Shown here: one piece after another, positions 1 to 10,440 of the stretch
Layout of the letters: every line of letters begins with the position of its first letter
Numbering within the stretch: position 1 is the stretch's first letter
Assembly (NCBI GenBank): GCA_031549385.1
Contig: JAVBPW010000001.1
Span: forward strand, 224,001 to 288,000
Length of the DNA stretch: 64,000 nucleotides
Source of the DNA: Alphaproteobacteria bacterium
GTDB taxonomy: Bacteria; Pseudomonadota; Alphaproteobacteria; Rs-D84; SZUA-605
Direction of reading: 5' to 3'
Notes under the pieces: generated by a model
What the model was told of the DNA's origin: nothing
The model's database searches: none
Seen by the model: only the letters and a program-made list of their open reading frames with translations
Translations under genes and position numbers: made by a program

Positions 1-2742
1 TACTTTTGCAGAGTCATTCCATGATCCACTTGTTGCTATACAATCTGTGAATGCTGGCATAGCTCCACATTTTGTTCCAACCGCTTGTTGACCTGTTCCA
101 TTACATAGGCATTGTTTCAATGTATTATTCCATTCTCCACCTGTTGACTTACAATCTGTGTATGTTGGCATGATTGTACATCTTCCAGATACTAGGTTAT
201 ATCCATCTCTGTTGTCACAAGAACAAGTTCTGATTGCGTTATCCCACTTTCCGCCACTGTCACGGCATAATACATAGTTAGGATCTTGTGTACAATTTCC
301 ATTTGAATAGTATGAACCTTCTGTTGTACATCTCTTTTGTCCTTCAGAGTCTCCTTGTGATACTACAAGTGATTTCAAGCTATCCCAAATTTGATCTGGA
401 ACGTTTGTGTTGCTTTCTTCACCATTTTGTGAGTATACCATATTTTCGAAGTCACACTTTGATACAGCTTCTGCCATAGCAGCTGTTTTCTTTCCTTCAA
501 TTTGACCTGTTCGACAATCATAGTAATTTGTTCCACAATTTGATTTCAAGTAACCATTTACCATTTCCATACATTCTTCAACTGTGTAACCCCAATCTGA
601 TAAAGTTTTTTGTTTAAACTTAGCCCAGATTTCATCAGATCTTGCTGCACGCATTAAGTCTTCTGAACAGTTTGGTTTTTGTGATTCAAGTAATTTTGAA
701 TTTCGGCAATCTTGGAAGAGCTTTAATTCATAGTTTCCTGTTGGATCAATATTATCTGGCAATTCTTGACCTGCTGCAATCGCTGTTTGTGCTGCTGCTT
801 TTGCTTCAGCTGATAATTCAGTTTGTGTCTGTCTTCCACATTGCTTTACCATACATTGATATAGTTGTTCATAACTTGTTTTATCTGATGCGTCTGTAAA
901 TGTATCTTTGAATAAAATTCCATTGATAATTCTTTCCCATACATTGTTTTCATCACTTGCATCAAGATATGTTCCTGCACAACGTTTGATTGTGTCTCCA
1001 CATTGTGTTTGAGCCATTTTTTTAACATCAGCTACAAATCCGTCTTTTGTCTTTGTTTCAGCTGTACCACTTGCACATTTTAATAAATCTTCACCACATG
1101 CTGTTTTTACACAAGACATAGATTGTTCAAAACATTGTTGTGTTGATAATTGTGATCTTGCTAATGTATTTTTCTTAAATGCTTTCCATAATACATCTGT
1201 ATTTGTTTCATCTCTTACTTGACCTTTTGCAAGAGTTGGCATATTAACACCTTGGCATTGATTCAATACTGATTTACATAATGGTTTCTTTGCTTCTAAT
1301 TCTGCGTCTGAGTAACAGTATTCTAAATTAATTCCACATACTGCTTCGTCTTTCATACATCTGTTCAAATCAGTTGAACATTGTTCTGCATTGAATTTGT
1401 TTTTAGTTTTCAAGCTGTATTCTGTATCTTTCATTTGATATTGGTTATATGCATTTTGTTGCACTACTTTCTTTTCAAAAATCTTTGCATCTAAATCTCT
1501 TGAATATGTACGGCAATCATTTCCTGCTAATGTAGAATAAGATTCAACTACTCTTGATTTTGATTCTGGACATAATTCTAATGCTGTTTCGCAATTCTTT
1601 TGAGCTTGCTTAAATAATGCATCACCTTCTTTTCTTACTGAATTCTTTGATACATCACCCATAAATACTTCAAAAATGTCTTGTTCACTTGCAAGACTTT
1701 CATTTGTTACACCTAGTTCTTCTAATTCTTTTGCTGTAACTTCTTTTAAAACTGTAGCAAAATCTTTTCCTTCAGCGTCAGCTTGTGCTTTTGCTGTATC
1801 AAGATTTTTTGTTTGCCATTGTAGTTGGTTTATATTTGCTACTACTTTATTTAATTCTTTTTCTTTTGCTGATTGATTTACTATTGAGCCTGAACACAAA
1901 CATCTTCCTATAACAGAATCATCTGCTGTATCTTGACAGTATGTATCCATACATTTTGTAAATTGTGTTTTACAAGCATCTTCATTAGCCATTTGAGTTG
2001 CTACTTCTTCTTTTGTTTTTGCAGTAACTGTTTCTGTCGATGAAACTAAATCAGAATAATTTGTTGTGGTTGATGTAGTTGTTGTAGTTGTTCCTACTCC
2101 AACTGCTGCAGCTGTTGCTGCACCCATTCTGCTAACTCCACTTCTTGCAGCTGATGTTCCACCAACTGTAGTTCCTGTTCTTGCTGATCTTGCTGTTGAG
2201 GCTCCTGTTGTGCCTCTTGCTGATCTTGCGCTTCTTGCACTTGATGTTCCGCCTGCAACTAATGCTCCGGCCGCACTTCGTGCTGAACGTGCTGTTGAGG
2301 CTCCTGTTGTGCCTCTTGCTGATCTTGCGCTTCTTGCACTTGATGCCCCGCCTTCAACTACTGTTGCTCCGGCCGCACTTCGTGCTGAACGTGCTGTTGC
2401 TCCAGATGCGCCTCTTGCACTTCGTGCAGATCTTGCTCCTGCTGTTGCTCCTGTTGCTGCTCCTCTTGCTGATCGAGCTCCGGCTGTTGTACCTGATGCG
2501 CCTCTAGCACTTCGTGCAGATCTTGCTCCTGCTGTTGCTCCTGTTGCTGCACCTCTGGCACTTCTTGCTCCACTTGCTGCGGCACCTCTTGCGCTTCTTG
2601 CACCTGCTGCTGAACCTTCTGTTCTTACGGTTCTTACAACTCGAACATCCTCTTCTATAATTTCTTCTTCCTGTGCGAAAGATACAGAATTAAACATAAA
2701 AGTAATTGATACTAATGATAATAATGCAAATAATTTCTTCAT
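1..2742 (-). CDS. Large secreted Cys-rich protein with SARSAR low-complexity N-terminus (partial, runs off the left edge, >914 aa)
   Basis: Absent from the ORF track because it has no stop in the window. Hand translation from ATG 2742: MKKLFALLSLVSITFMFNSVSFAQ signal peptide, ARSARG repeats, CKTQFTKCMDTYC...IGRCLC, repeated C..CM...CG...C...W..FK modules, then C..SGG.W......C.C repeats. Paralog of 2818-4449. Confidence 0.9.
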   Translation of the reverse strand, partial: MKKLFALLSLVSITFMFNSVSFAQEEEIIEEDVRVVRTVRTEGSAAGARSARGAAASGARSARGAATGATAGARSARSARGASGTTAGARSARGAATGATAGARSARSARGASGATARSARSAAGATVVEGGASSARSARSARGTTGASTARSARSAAGALVAGGTSSARSARSARGTTGASTARSARTGTTVGGTSAARSGVSRMGAATAAAVGVGTTTTTTSTTTNYSDLVSSTETVTAKTKEEVATQMANEDACKTQFTKCMDTYCQDTADDSVIGRCLCSGSIVNQSAKEKELNKVVANINQLQWQTKNLDTAKAQADAEGKDFATVLKEVTAKELEELGVTNESLASEQDIFEVFMGDVSKNSVRKEGDALFKQAQKNCETALELCPESKSRVVESYSTLAGNDCRTYSRDLDAKIFEKKVVQQNAYNQYQMKDTEYSLKTKNKFNAEQCSTDLNRCMKDEAVCGINLEYCYSDAELEAKKPLCKSVLNQCQGVNMPTLAKGQVRDETNTDVLWKAFKKNTLARSQLSTQQCFEQSMSCVKTACGEDLLKCASGTAETKTKDGFVADVKKMAQTQCGDTIKRCAGTYLDASDENNVWERIINGILFKDTFTDASDKTSYEQLYQCMVKQCGRQTQTELSAEAKAAAQTAIAAGQELPDNIDPTGNYELKLFQDCRNSKLLESQKPNCSEDLMRAARSDEIWAKFKQKTLSDWGYTVEECMEMVNGYLKSNCGTNYYDCRTGQIEGKKTAAMAEAVSKCDFENMVYSQNGEESNTNVPDQIWDSLKSLVVSQGDSEGQKRCTTEGSYYSNGNCTQDPNYVLCRDSGGKWDNAIRTCSCDNRDGYNLVSGRCTIMPTYTDCKSTGGEWNNTLKQCLCNGTGQQAVGTKCGAMPAFTDCIATSGSWNDSAKV
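2180..2610. repeat. Intragenic tandem/nested repeats encoding ARSARG units
   Basis: Near-identical ~55-nt blocks at ~2192/2291 (99-nt period) and ~2405/2495 (90-nt period). Confidence 0.85.
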
Positions 2743-2817
2743 AAAAAAGCCCCTTCTCTTTTATCCTTTGCAAATAGTGTATCATATTTTGTAGTTGATT
2801 TAAAGTATAAACTGTTT

Positions 2818-4449
2818 TTATTTTACTTTATTTAGGACTTGAGTCTTAAAGCTTGACCAAACTGTTGCTTCTACATTCTTACAGTTTGAAAATACTGAAG
2901 AACAATTAATTTTGTGTGATTCAAGTTTTGCTTCTGTTTCACAATGTTGGAAAGTTGCTCCACAAAAATCATCGCTTTGCATACATGTACTTAAAGCATC
3001 AAAACATGCAGCAGCATCATACTTGTTGTCGCTTGCTGCAAGTTTTCTTTCTTTTTCTTGATATTGATTGTAAAGCTTTTGAATCTTTAAAGAATATTCT
3101 TTTTTCTTTACGCCTAATTCTTTTTCATACACACGACAGCTTTTTGCAACTTCGTTTGCATATATACCTGTTATGTATCCTCCAGTTACTCCGCTTGTTG
3201 GGCATAATTCTAAATATCTTGTACAATTATTATGAGCGTCTTTGTAAAGAGCTGCACCTTCTTTGATTTTGTCTTCTGGTGATGAAGTTCCATAATCTAC
3301 ATCATCATAATCTGTGACTTCTGCCAATTCGTTAAAACCTAATTCTGCTGCTATTTCTTCTGTGTATGCTTTATAAACATTACTTCCCAGTTTTCCACTT
3401 TGTCTTTTTACTTCTAACCCTGCAATAGATGATATCATCTGATTTATTCTTGATATCATTGTATCAAGTTCTTTTTTACTGTCTGCATAATCTTCATATG
3501 TTTTTGCACATAAACATCTTCCTATGATAGAATCTTCATCAACTAATTTATCATCACAATAATCATCCATACATTTGAAATATTGTTCCTGACATAATTT
3601 TGCATCTTTAACATCTATATTTTGAGATGCTGTTTCTGGTTCATGATCATAGTAATTTGAAACATAAGCTGTTCTTGAAGAAGTTGATCCAGATGAAGTT
3701 GATGCACTTCTTCTTGAAGAAGATGTAGGTGCAGTTGTACCATCTGTTCTTGCTGTTGCTGACCTTGCAGTAGATCCACCACTTGATGCACTTCTTGCCC
3801 CTGATGCAGTTGATTGTGGAACTGAAACTGTTATAGGCTCTGAACCCATTCCTGAACGAGCTACCGAACTGCCACCTGAAGAACCTCTTGATGACCTTGC
3901 TGAACGTGCACTGCTTTGAGTTGATTGTGTGGCAGTTGCCCCAGCAGATGAGTTTCTTGCACTTCTTCTTGCTGATGCTGATGAGCCACCTGTTTGAGTT
4001 GCTGGTTGCGCTCCACTTCCTCTTGCTGATCTTGCACTTGATCCTGTTGAACCTCTGGCACTTCGCGCTGATGATTGTCCTGTTGATGCACCAGCTGATG
4101 AACGAGCTGATCTTGCTGATGAGCCTGATGAACTCCTTGCTGAATTTTGAGCAGGTGCTGCGGCTTGAGACTGTCCAGTGCTTCCTCTTGCTGAACGAGC
4201 AGATGAACCTGCTCCACCTCTAGCACTTCGCGCAGATGAACTTCTTGTGCTTTTTCTTGCGTTTGGATCTTGTTCATCTTCGTCATCATCCTGGTTTGCT
4301 GTTTGAGATGGAGCAGAAGCGGTGCCTCTTGCTGACCTTGCTGATGACGAACTTGATCTGCTTGAAGTTCTGGAATATTGAGATAGAGCCGAATTTGTGA
4401 ATCCTGCTAGCACGACAAACAATATCAAAAATTTCAAACAACTTTTCAT
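2818..4449 (-). CDS. Secreted Cys-rich protein with SARSAR low-complexity N-terminus (543 aa)
   Basis: Signal peptide, ~240 aa Ser/Ala/Arg/Gly/Thr region, then CQEQYFKCMDDYC...IGRCLC...LELCP...CM...CG domain that aligns by eye with the 1-2742 protein. Confidence 0.9.
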   Translation of the reverse strand: MKSCLKFLILFVVLAGFTNSALSQYSRTSSRSSSSSARSARGTASAPSQTANQDDDEDEQDPNARKSTRSSSARSARGGAGSSARSARGSTGQSQAAAPAQNSARSSSGSSARSARSSAGASTGQSSARSARGSTGSSARSARGSGAQPATQTGGSSASARRSARNSSAGATATQSTQSSARSARSSRGSSGGSSVARSGMGSEPITVSVPQSTASGARSASSGGSTARSATARTDGTTAPTSSSRRSASTSSGSTSSRTAYVSNYYDHEPETASQNIDVKDAKLCQEQYFKCMDDYCDDKLVDEDSIIGRCLCAKTYEDYADSKKELDTMISRINQMISSIAGLEVKRQSGKLGSNVYKAYTEEIAAELGFNELAEVTDYDDVDYGTSSPEDKIKEGAALYKDAHNNCTRYLELCPTSGVTGGYITGIYANEVAKSCRVYEKELGVKKKEYSLKIQKLYNQYQEKERKLAASDNKYDAAACFDALSTCMQSDDFCGATFQHCETEAKLESHKINCSSVFSNCKNVEATVWSSFKTQVLNKVK

Positions 4450-4525
4450 ATACTTTTAAAGTATATCATAGAAGCAGGTGCAAAAAAAGGTTTTTTTTGG
4501 GATTTATTGTGCTATGATTGAGGTT

Positions 4526-5218
4526 ATGACATTTATTCGAGTTTACATTGAGAGCAAAATTATTCCTAATACAAATATTGTAATTACAGGAGATGACTTT
4601 TTTTATCTTAAAAATGTTATGAGAATTAAACTCGGCAAAATTATAAAAATCTTCAATCAAAATGATGGGGAATTTTTTGCTACAATTATTGATATTACAA
4701 AAAAAGAAATCGTGTTAGAGGTTGATAAAAAATTCAGAAATATAGAAGATGAAAAATTAGACAATATTCATCTTTTTATTTCTCCACTTCGACATACTAA
4801 GATGTCTATATTAGTTGAAAAATGTGTTGAACTTGGAGTTGCTCAAATTACACCAGTTATAATGAAAAATACGGCTTTTGATATGGATTATCAAAAATAT
4901 AATACTATTATCAAAGAAGCATCTGAACAATCTGAGAGATTGTCTTTTATGAAATTGAATCCTGAAATAAAATTTGAAGAGTTTTTAAAAATAAAACAAG
5001 ATTTTATTTATCTTAAAGAAAGAGATGAAAAAGCTTTAAGCTTAATAGATGCAAAGGCTAAAAACATTAAAAATATCTTAGTTGGTCCAGAAGGTGGTTT
5101 TGACGAAAGTGAATTTAAACTTTTAGAAAAAACAAAAGGCATTCCTGTTTATCTTGGTGAATTGATTTTAAGAGCTGAGACTGCTGCTATAAAAGCAATA
5201 TCTGTTTTATCCGATTAA
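4526..5218 (+). CDS. rsmE: 16S rRNA m3U1498 methyltransferase
   Basis: EKCVELGV, EASEQSER, ILVGPEGGF, LGELILRAETAAI motifs; ATG 4526 preferred over the GTG at 4478. Confidence 0.95.
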   Translation: MTFIRVYIESKIIPNTNIVITGDDFFYLKNVMRIKLGKIIKIFNQNDGEFFATIIDITKKEIVLEVDKKFRNIEDEKLDNIHLFISPLRHTKMSILVEKCVELGVAQITPVIMKNTAFDMDYQKYNTIIKEASEQSERLSFMKLNPEIKFEEFLKIKQDFIYLKERDEKALSLIDAKAKNIKNILVGPEGGFDESEFKLLEKTKGIPVYLGELILRAETAAIKAISVLSD

Positions 5219-6085
5219 TTCTTTTCTTATTGTATTTTCTGGTAGTTGATGTTTATACCAAGTTCTTTGACGTTTAGCATAATGCTTGCTTTTAAAAATC
5301 ATTTCTTGAATTGCTTCTTGTTTTGTTATTAAACCATCAAAATATTTCTTAAATGATTGCACTCCATCTGCTTTACTTATTGTTCTTTGTTCTGGAATAT
5401 TTAATGATAGAAAGTTTTTTATTTCTTGCTCCATTCCATCATCTAACATTTGGTAAATTCTTTGTTCTATTCTTTCATTAATTTCGTCTTTTGGGCGGGA
5501 TACACAAATTATTTCAAAGTCATAAGGAAGTGCACCTAATCTTTTATTTTCTTTTGCTGATAAAAATGATTTTCCTTCTTGTAGGAAATATTCATATGCT
5601 CGAGATAATCTTTGTCTGTCATTTATATTTATTTTTTGTAAAACTTCTGGAGTATTTTTTTCTAGTTCTTTTGCTATTTCTTCATTAGTCATTTTTGAAA
5701 CTTTATTTCTTATTTTTATATCTGCTTCTGGAAGTTCATGTAGACCATTTAAAACTGCTGAAATATAAAAACCTGAACCTCCTACAAAAACTGGAAGTTT
5801 TCCTCGTGATATAATTTCATCAGCTGTTTCTTTTGCAAGAGATAAATATTTTCCAACTGAAAATTCATCTTTGCCGTCTATAAAATTAAATAGATGATGT
5901 GGAACTTTTTTTAAATCTTCTTTTGTAGGGGATGCTGTTACTATAGGAAGCTCTTTATAAATTTGAAGAGAGTCTATATTTATTATTTCGCCGTTGTTCT
6001 TTAGCGCATAGTCAATTGCAAAACTTGATTTGCCTGATGCTGTTGTGCCACAAATAATTACTGCCTTACTTCTTAGCTCTTGCAT
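5207..6085 (-). CDS. miaA: tRNA dimethylallyltransferase
   Basis: GTTASGKS, DSLQIYK, VPHHL, VGGSGFY, HYAKRQRTW. Confidence 0.97.
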   Translation of the reverse strand: MQELRSKAVIICGTTASGKSSFAIDYALKNNGEIINIDSLQIYKELPIVTASPTKEDLKKVPHHLFNFIDGKDEFSVGKYLSLAKETADEIISRGKLPVFVGGSGFYISAVLNGLHELPEADIKIRNKVSKMTNEEIAKELEKNTPEVLQKININDRQRLSRAYEYFLQEGKSFLSAKENKRLGALPYDFEIICVSRPKDEINERIEQRIYQMLDDGMEQEIKNFLSLNIPEQRTISKADGVQSFKKYFDGLITKQEAIQEMIFKSKHYAKRQRTWYKHQLPENTIRKELIG

Positions 6086-6554
6086 TTTTCATAATCCTTT
6101 GTTTGGCTATGTCCCATTCTCTTCTTTTAATAGTTTCTCTTTTATCAAAAATGTTTTTACCTTTACCAATTGATATATTAAATTTTGCTAACCCTTTTTC
6201 ATCAAAATACAATTTTGTAGGTATTACAGCAAAACTTTTTTCATGTAAAGCTGGTAATATTTTTCTTATTTCTCTTTTTTTAAGAAGAAGTTTTTTAGGT
6301 CTTTTAGGATCTATTTCATCTGTAGAATTATCGTATGGAAGAATTGAAAAATTAGAAATATATAACTCACCATTCTTATCTGTTACATATGCGTCTTTTA
6401 TATTTACTCTGCCAAGTCTTAATGATTTTACTTCTGGACCAAGTAATGCAATACCTGCTTCAAATCCTTCTGTTAAAATATAATTGAAGTGTGCTTTGCG
6501 GTTGTCCGCAATTAATCCTGTTGTCAAAAAAGAGTGTTTCTTTTGTTTTCTCAT
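6066..6554 (-). CDS. smpB: SsrA-binding protein
   Basis: IADNRKAHFNY, EAGIALLGPEVKSLR, GKGKNIFDKRETIKRREW. Confidence 0.97.
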   Translation of the reverse strand: MRKQKKHSFLTTGLIADNRKAHFNYILTEGFEAGIALLGPEVKSLRLGRVNIKDAYVTDKNGELYISNFSILPYDNSTDEIDPKRPKKLLLKKREIRKILPALHEKSFAVIPTKLYFDEKGLAKFNISIGKGKNIFDKRETIKRREWDIAKQRIMKNARAKK

Positions 6555-6555
6555 T

Positions 6556-7848
6556 TTATTTACCTATACAAAACGATGAGAAGATATTATCTAATAAATC
6601 GTTTAATGATACTATACCTATTATCTCAGAAAGAGACACGGATGCAAGTTTTAAATTTTCTGCTTTTAAATCAACTTGATTTTCTTTGTCTGCAATTTGT
6701 AAATAATCATAAGCTTGTTTCAATAATCTTTTATGATGATTTGTTGTTGAATAAATATTAGATGATGATAGATTTTCTGTTATATAATCTTTTATGAATT
6801 CTTTTAATTTATCCATTCCTGTATTGTTCTTTATAGAAACTATAAATTGAGGATTTTTAAAATCTTTATTTATTTCATGTTTTATTGAATCAGATTTGTT
6901 GTAAACTATTATAGTTTTATCATCTATTAAATTTTCATCAAATTTATCTGTTACCATATAGATTTTTAAATCTGCTCGATTTGATAAATCAAGAGCTCTT
7001 TTTATTCCTTCTTTTTCTATTTCATCTTTTGCATCTCTTATACCTGCGGTATCTGAAAGAATAACTTTATAACCATTTATATCCAAAACACTTTCTAATA
7101 TATCACGGGTTGTTCCTGGAATATCTGATACAATTGCTTTGTTACTTCCTAGTAAAAAATTAAATAAAGATGACTTTCCACTGTTTGGTTCTCCAATTAC
7201 AGAAACTATAAAACCTTGAGTTATTTTTGAACCTATATCATTGCTCAAAATGGCAGAAATCTGACTCTTTGCGTCAATTATACGGCTTTTGATACGATTT
7301 TCTAAATCAATAGGTAATTCGTCCTCTGAAAAATCTATTGAAGATTCTATTAATGATTGAGCCTGGATTATTAAGTTTCTTAAATCCATATATTTTTGTG
7401 ATACATCACCATTTTGAAAATGTAGAGCTAATTTTCTTTGTGCATCAGTTTGTGAATTAATTAAATCTAATAACCCTTGAGCTTGCAATAAATCAAGTTT
7501 TCCATTTTCATAAGATAGTCTAGTAAATTCACCACATTTTGCTAAACGAGCACCTTGAGACTCAATTACTTCAAACATTTTATTTATTACCGCCTTACTT
7601 CCATGGACTTGGAATTCTACTGTGTCTTGACCAGTGAATGAATTTGGTCCTTTAAAATATAGTGTTAGACCAGAATCTATTTCTTGTCCTTTGTATGAAT
7701 ATTTATCAAAATATGCATAGCGAGGTTTGAATTCTTTTCGACCTGTTAATGCTTTTGCAATTGATAATGACAAATCGCCAGATATTCTTATTATAGAAAC
7801 TCCGGCTGTACCTGCAGCTGATGATAAAGCATATATCGTGTCTTTCAT
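6556..7848 (-). CDS. mnmE: tRNA modification GTPase
   Basis: DTIYALSS, FKGPNSFTGQD, GEPNSGKSSL, PGTTRD, DTAGIR, C-terminal FCIGK. Confidence 0.97.
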   Translation of the reverse strand: MKDTIYALSSAAGTAGVSIIRISGDLSLSIAKALTGRKEFKPRYAYFDKYSYKGQEIDSGLTLYFKGPNSFTGQDTVEFQVHGSKAVINKMFEVIESQGARLAKCGEFTRLSYENGKLDLLQAQGLLDLINSQTDAQRKLALHFQNGDVSQKYMDLRNLIIQAQSLIESSIDFSEDELPIDLENRIKSRIIDAKSQISAILSNDIGSKITQGFIVSVIGEPNSGKSSLFNFLLGSNKAIVSDIPGTTRDILESVLDINGYKVILSDTAGIRDAKDEIEKEGIKRALDLSNRADLKIYMVTDKFDENLIDDKTIIVYNKSDSIKHEINKDFKNPQFIVSIKNNTGMDKLKEFIKDYITENLSSSNIYSTTNHHKRLLKQAYDYLQIADKENQVDLKAENLKLASVSLSEIIGIVSLNDLLDNIFSSFCIGK

Positions 7849-7894
7849 GAGGCAATATGTAGCACAACATTTTGAAAAATCAAACATTTTTATA

Positions 7895-7922
7895 AAAAAA
7901 GAGCCTTAAAAGGCCCTTTTTC
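7895..7922 (-). terminator. Probable intrinsic terminator after the autotransporter remnant
   Basis: Imperfect GC stem flanked by A/T tracts. Confidence 0.45.
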
Positions 7923-7937
7923 TTAGTTTTTTATAGA

Positions 7938-8940
7938 TTAAAAGTTATATCTTAATCCTAAATTGATAGAAACAGCATCAATTACATTGCTGCTTTCAAA
8001 TGTCACATCTGAATATATATTAAATGCTTTTGGAAGTTTAACATTTAACCCAGCGCTAACTTCAAATGTAGTTCCACTTAGGTCACTTGTGTAATCTTCT
8101 CCAGCATATGTTATATCTGTTTTTCCATCAAGTTCTTGAGCAACTGCTAATTCAACAAATGGTTCGTAAATAGTTTTTCCTATTTTTGTTCCATAGCCAA
8201 ATAATACTCCCGCTCTTGTTACAAGACTTGTTGTTGTGCCATATTCGATTTCATCACCAAATGATGTTGTGAAATCTTTTGCTGCTGCAAATGCATATGA
8301 TAATTCAACTTTTGGTTCTAATAAGAAAGCTGATGACTTTCCTGTTTTGAACTTTAATTGACGTCCAAATTCAGCACTGAATACTGTAAATTGACGAGAT
8401 GGTGAATAATCTATTGCTTGATTTGCGGCACTGTAGGTTGTCATATCCATATTTGAGAAAAAGCTTCTTAAAGTTGCATCCGCAAACCAGCCTTCTTTAT
8501 TTAACCATGTCATATAAGCACCTATACTTGGAGTACTTGCTGAACCTTCTGAATAAATTCCATTGACTATGTTTTGATCTAAATCAATTGACATATTTTC
8601 AAAACTTATTGTACTTGATACTAATTGAAAACAATTTAATGTATTTTGTGATGCAGTAAGCTTTATATTACTACCTTCACCTTTAATTGTTGAAGTAGTT
8701 GATAATTGTTGAAGACCATGAGCATCATTTTCATTAATTAACTGTTACATCATTTTTTATAGTTACAGTAGCAGATCCTGTTATATTTATACCAACATAC
8801 GGATTGTTGCTGAAATCTGTTTGGCCAGCAGTGTCGTCTGGTATTATAATGTCTCCTGTTACATCTAATTGTGTAGCTAATGAACTACTTGATGTGCCAA
8901 AAATGACTAGCATAAGACATATTATGCTTAGTTTTTTCAT
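7938..8940 (-). pseudogene. Autotransporter remnant (frameshifted and internally deleted)
   Basis: The signal-peptide ORF 8734-8940 overlaps a second frame open from 8744 to 7938 that ends in beta-barrel strands (EPKVELSY, EPFVELAV, NLGLRYNF). The passenger is only ~130 aa and joins mid-barrel. Confidence 0.8.
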
Positions 8941-9096
8941 GAAAATCTCCTTGTTTATCCTTTTATTCTAATAATTTTAACATATTTTTGATTTTGAAAC
9001 AAGGCTTTTTATGATAAAAATTCTTGCTGAAACTGAATTTCACTGTGGCTTTGAGAAGTTTGATGATTGATAATTTAAAAAATTTCATTTCTTACC

Positions 9097-9123
9097 GAAT
9101 ACTTTTTATTTACCTCACGTATA
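9097..9123 (+). promoter_or_regulatory. Candidate ECF sigma promoter (GAATAC-N15-CGTATA)
   Basis: CGTA-type -10 typical of ECF promoters, upstream of the gene cluster containing the ECF sigma. Confidence 0.4.
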
Positions 9124-9155
9124 TATGGATGTAACCACAAAAAAAGGAGATTAAA

Positions 9156-9554
9156 ATGGTTAAGAAAATATTATTAGTACCCGCATTATCAATTGCTTTA
9201 TTAACAGGATTATCTGGGGAAGCTCAAGCTAATGCTCAAGGAAGAATTTATAACTTGAAAGGACAACAAAAAAATCAACCTACTCAAGTAAATAAAAATA
9301 ACAAACACAATAATCATAATAACAATAAAAATTATGCACATAATAATCATAATGTAAGACATGTGCCACCTAAACAAGTCGTTGTTGTTAAACCACAACC
9401 TGTTAGGCCAGTTGTAATACACCAAACAGCTCACAGACATGTTTATAACACACCTTGTTATAACGGATGTAACAATAATAAACAAAATGATACTATTGCT
9501 TTAATATCATTAGGAGTACTTAGTGTAGGTATGTTACTTGCAGCTGCTAAATAG
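9156..9554 (+). CDS. Exported His/Asn-rich protein with C-terminal hydrophobic helix
   Basis: GGAG RBS, signal peptide, NNKHNNHNNN tract, C-terminal TM-like segment. Confidence 0.8.
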   Translation: MVKKILLVPALSIALLTGLSGEAQANAQGRIYNLKGQQKNQPTQVNKNNKHNNHNNNKNYAHNNHNVRHVPPKQVVVVKPQPVRPVVIHQTAHRHVYNTPCYNGCNNNKQNDTIALISLGVLSVGMLLAAAK

Positions 9555-9619
9555 TTGCGATTTGAATTTGGTAATGCTAATAAGGAATATATTTATATAA
9601 AAAGAAGGTTGTAGTCTGA

Positions 9620-10171
9620 ATGTACGAAAATGATGATGCTGAATTAATGAAACAAATAAGTGATGGTAACCATAGTGCTTTTACTACACTTGTAAGAAAA
9701 TATACTAAATATTTTTATGCCATCGCTTATAGACATGTTTCAAACAAGGGCATTTCTGAAGATATAATTCAGCAGTCATTTTTAAAAGTATGGGAATGTC
9801 CATATAAATTTGACTCCTCAAAAGCTCAATTTAAAACTTGGTTTGCTAGAATCGTTATAAACCTATGTTTAGATTACAACCGAAAAAATGAATACAATGT
9901 TGAATATAATGACGAAAAAGAAGCAGATGATGGTTCTTGCTGTATAAGCGTTACTATTGAACAAAAACAAAAACAGGAATTACTTGAAAAAAGTATTCAC
10001 AAATTACCTGCATCTCAGCAGATGGCTATTAATCTTGGGTTTTATCAAGGGTTGCCATATGCTGAGGTAGCAAAGATAATAAAAGTATCCGAGCCAGCGG
10101 TTAAATCTTTAATCATGCGAGCAAAAGACAATATAAGAAAATATATGCAAGGAGAAGGCTATGTTGAATAG
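9620..10171 (+). CDS. ECF (group 4) RNA polymerase sigma factor
   Basis: EDIIQQSFLKVW, FKTWFARIVINLCLD (region 2); LPASQQ...YAEVAKII...VKSLIMRA (region 4). Confidence 0.95.
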   Translation: MYENDDAELMKQISDGNHSAFTTLVRKYTKYFYAIAYRHVSNKGISEDIIQQSFLKVWECPYKFDSSKAQFKTWFARIVINLCLDYNRKNEYNVEYNDEKEADDGSCCISVTIEQKQKQELLEKSIHKLPASQQMAINLGFYQGLPYAEVAKIIKVSEPAVKSLIMRAKDNIRKYMQGEGYVE

Positions 10172-10415
10172 AAAATTTGAAGAATCATCAATTGATTTAT
10201 CTGATAAAATTATCAGTAAATCATACACAATAAAACAGCGTAAACCAGCTGGTTTATATGTTAAAGAATATTTTTTTGGATATATGAATATATCTAAAGC
10301 AAACTTTGCATATCTTTCTGTGGCTATGTTTGTTTGTGGGATAATAATGGAATTATCTATTAGTCAAAGCGTTAATGTGTTTGACCTAATGGATAACGTA
10401 TACATTGGAATGTAA
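10161..10415 (+). CDS. Small membrane protein, probable anti-sigma factor
   Basis: Overlaps the sigma stop codon, single TM helix, position between sigma and periplasmic sensor. Confidence 0.6.
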   Translation: MLNRKFEESSIDLSDKIISKSYTIKQRKPAGLYVKEYFFGYMNISKANFAYLSVAMFVCGIIMELSISQSVNVFDLMDNVYIGM

Positions 10416-10440
10416 CTAAAAAGAAAGGAGTAAAAAAACA

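Noticed and set aside
2066-2794. 242-aa + strand ORF and other short ORFs in 288-4289
   Set aside because: Antisense or off-frame shadows of the repetitive SARSAR proteins
9011-9070. 19-codon ORF MIKILAETEFHCGFEKFDD
   Set aside because: Too short, no RBS, no supporting homology I can see
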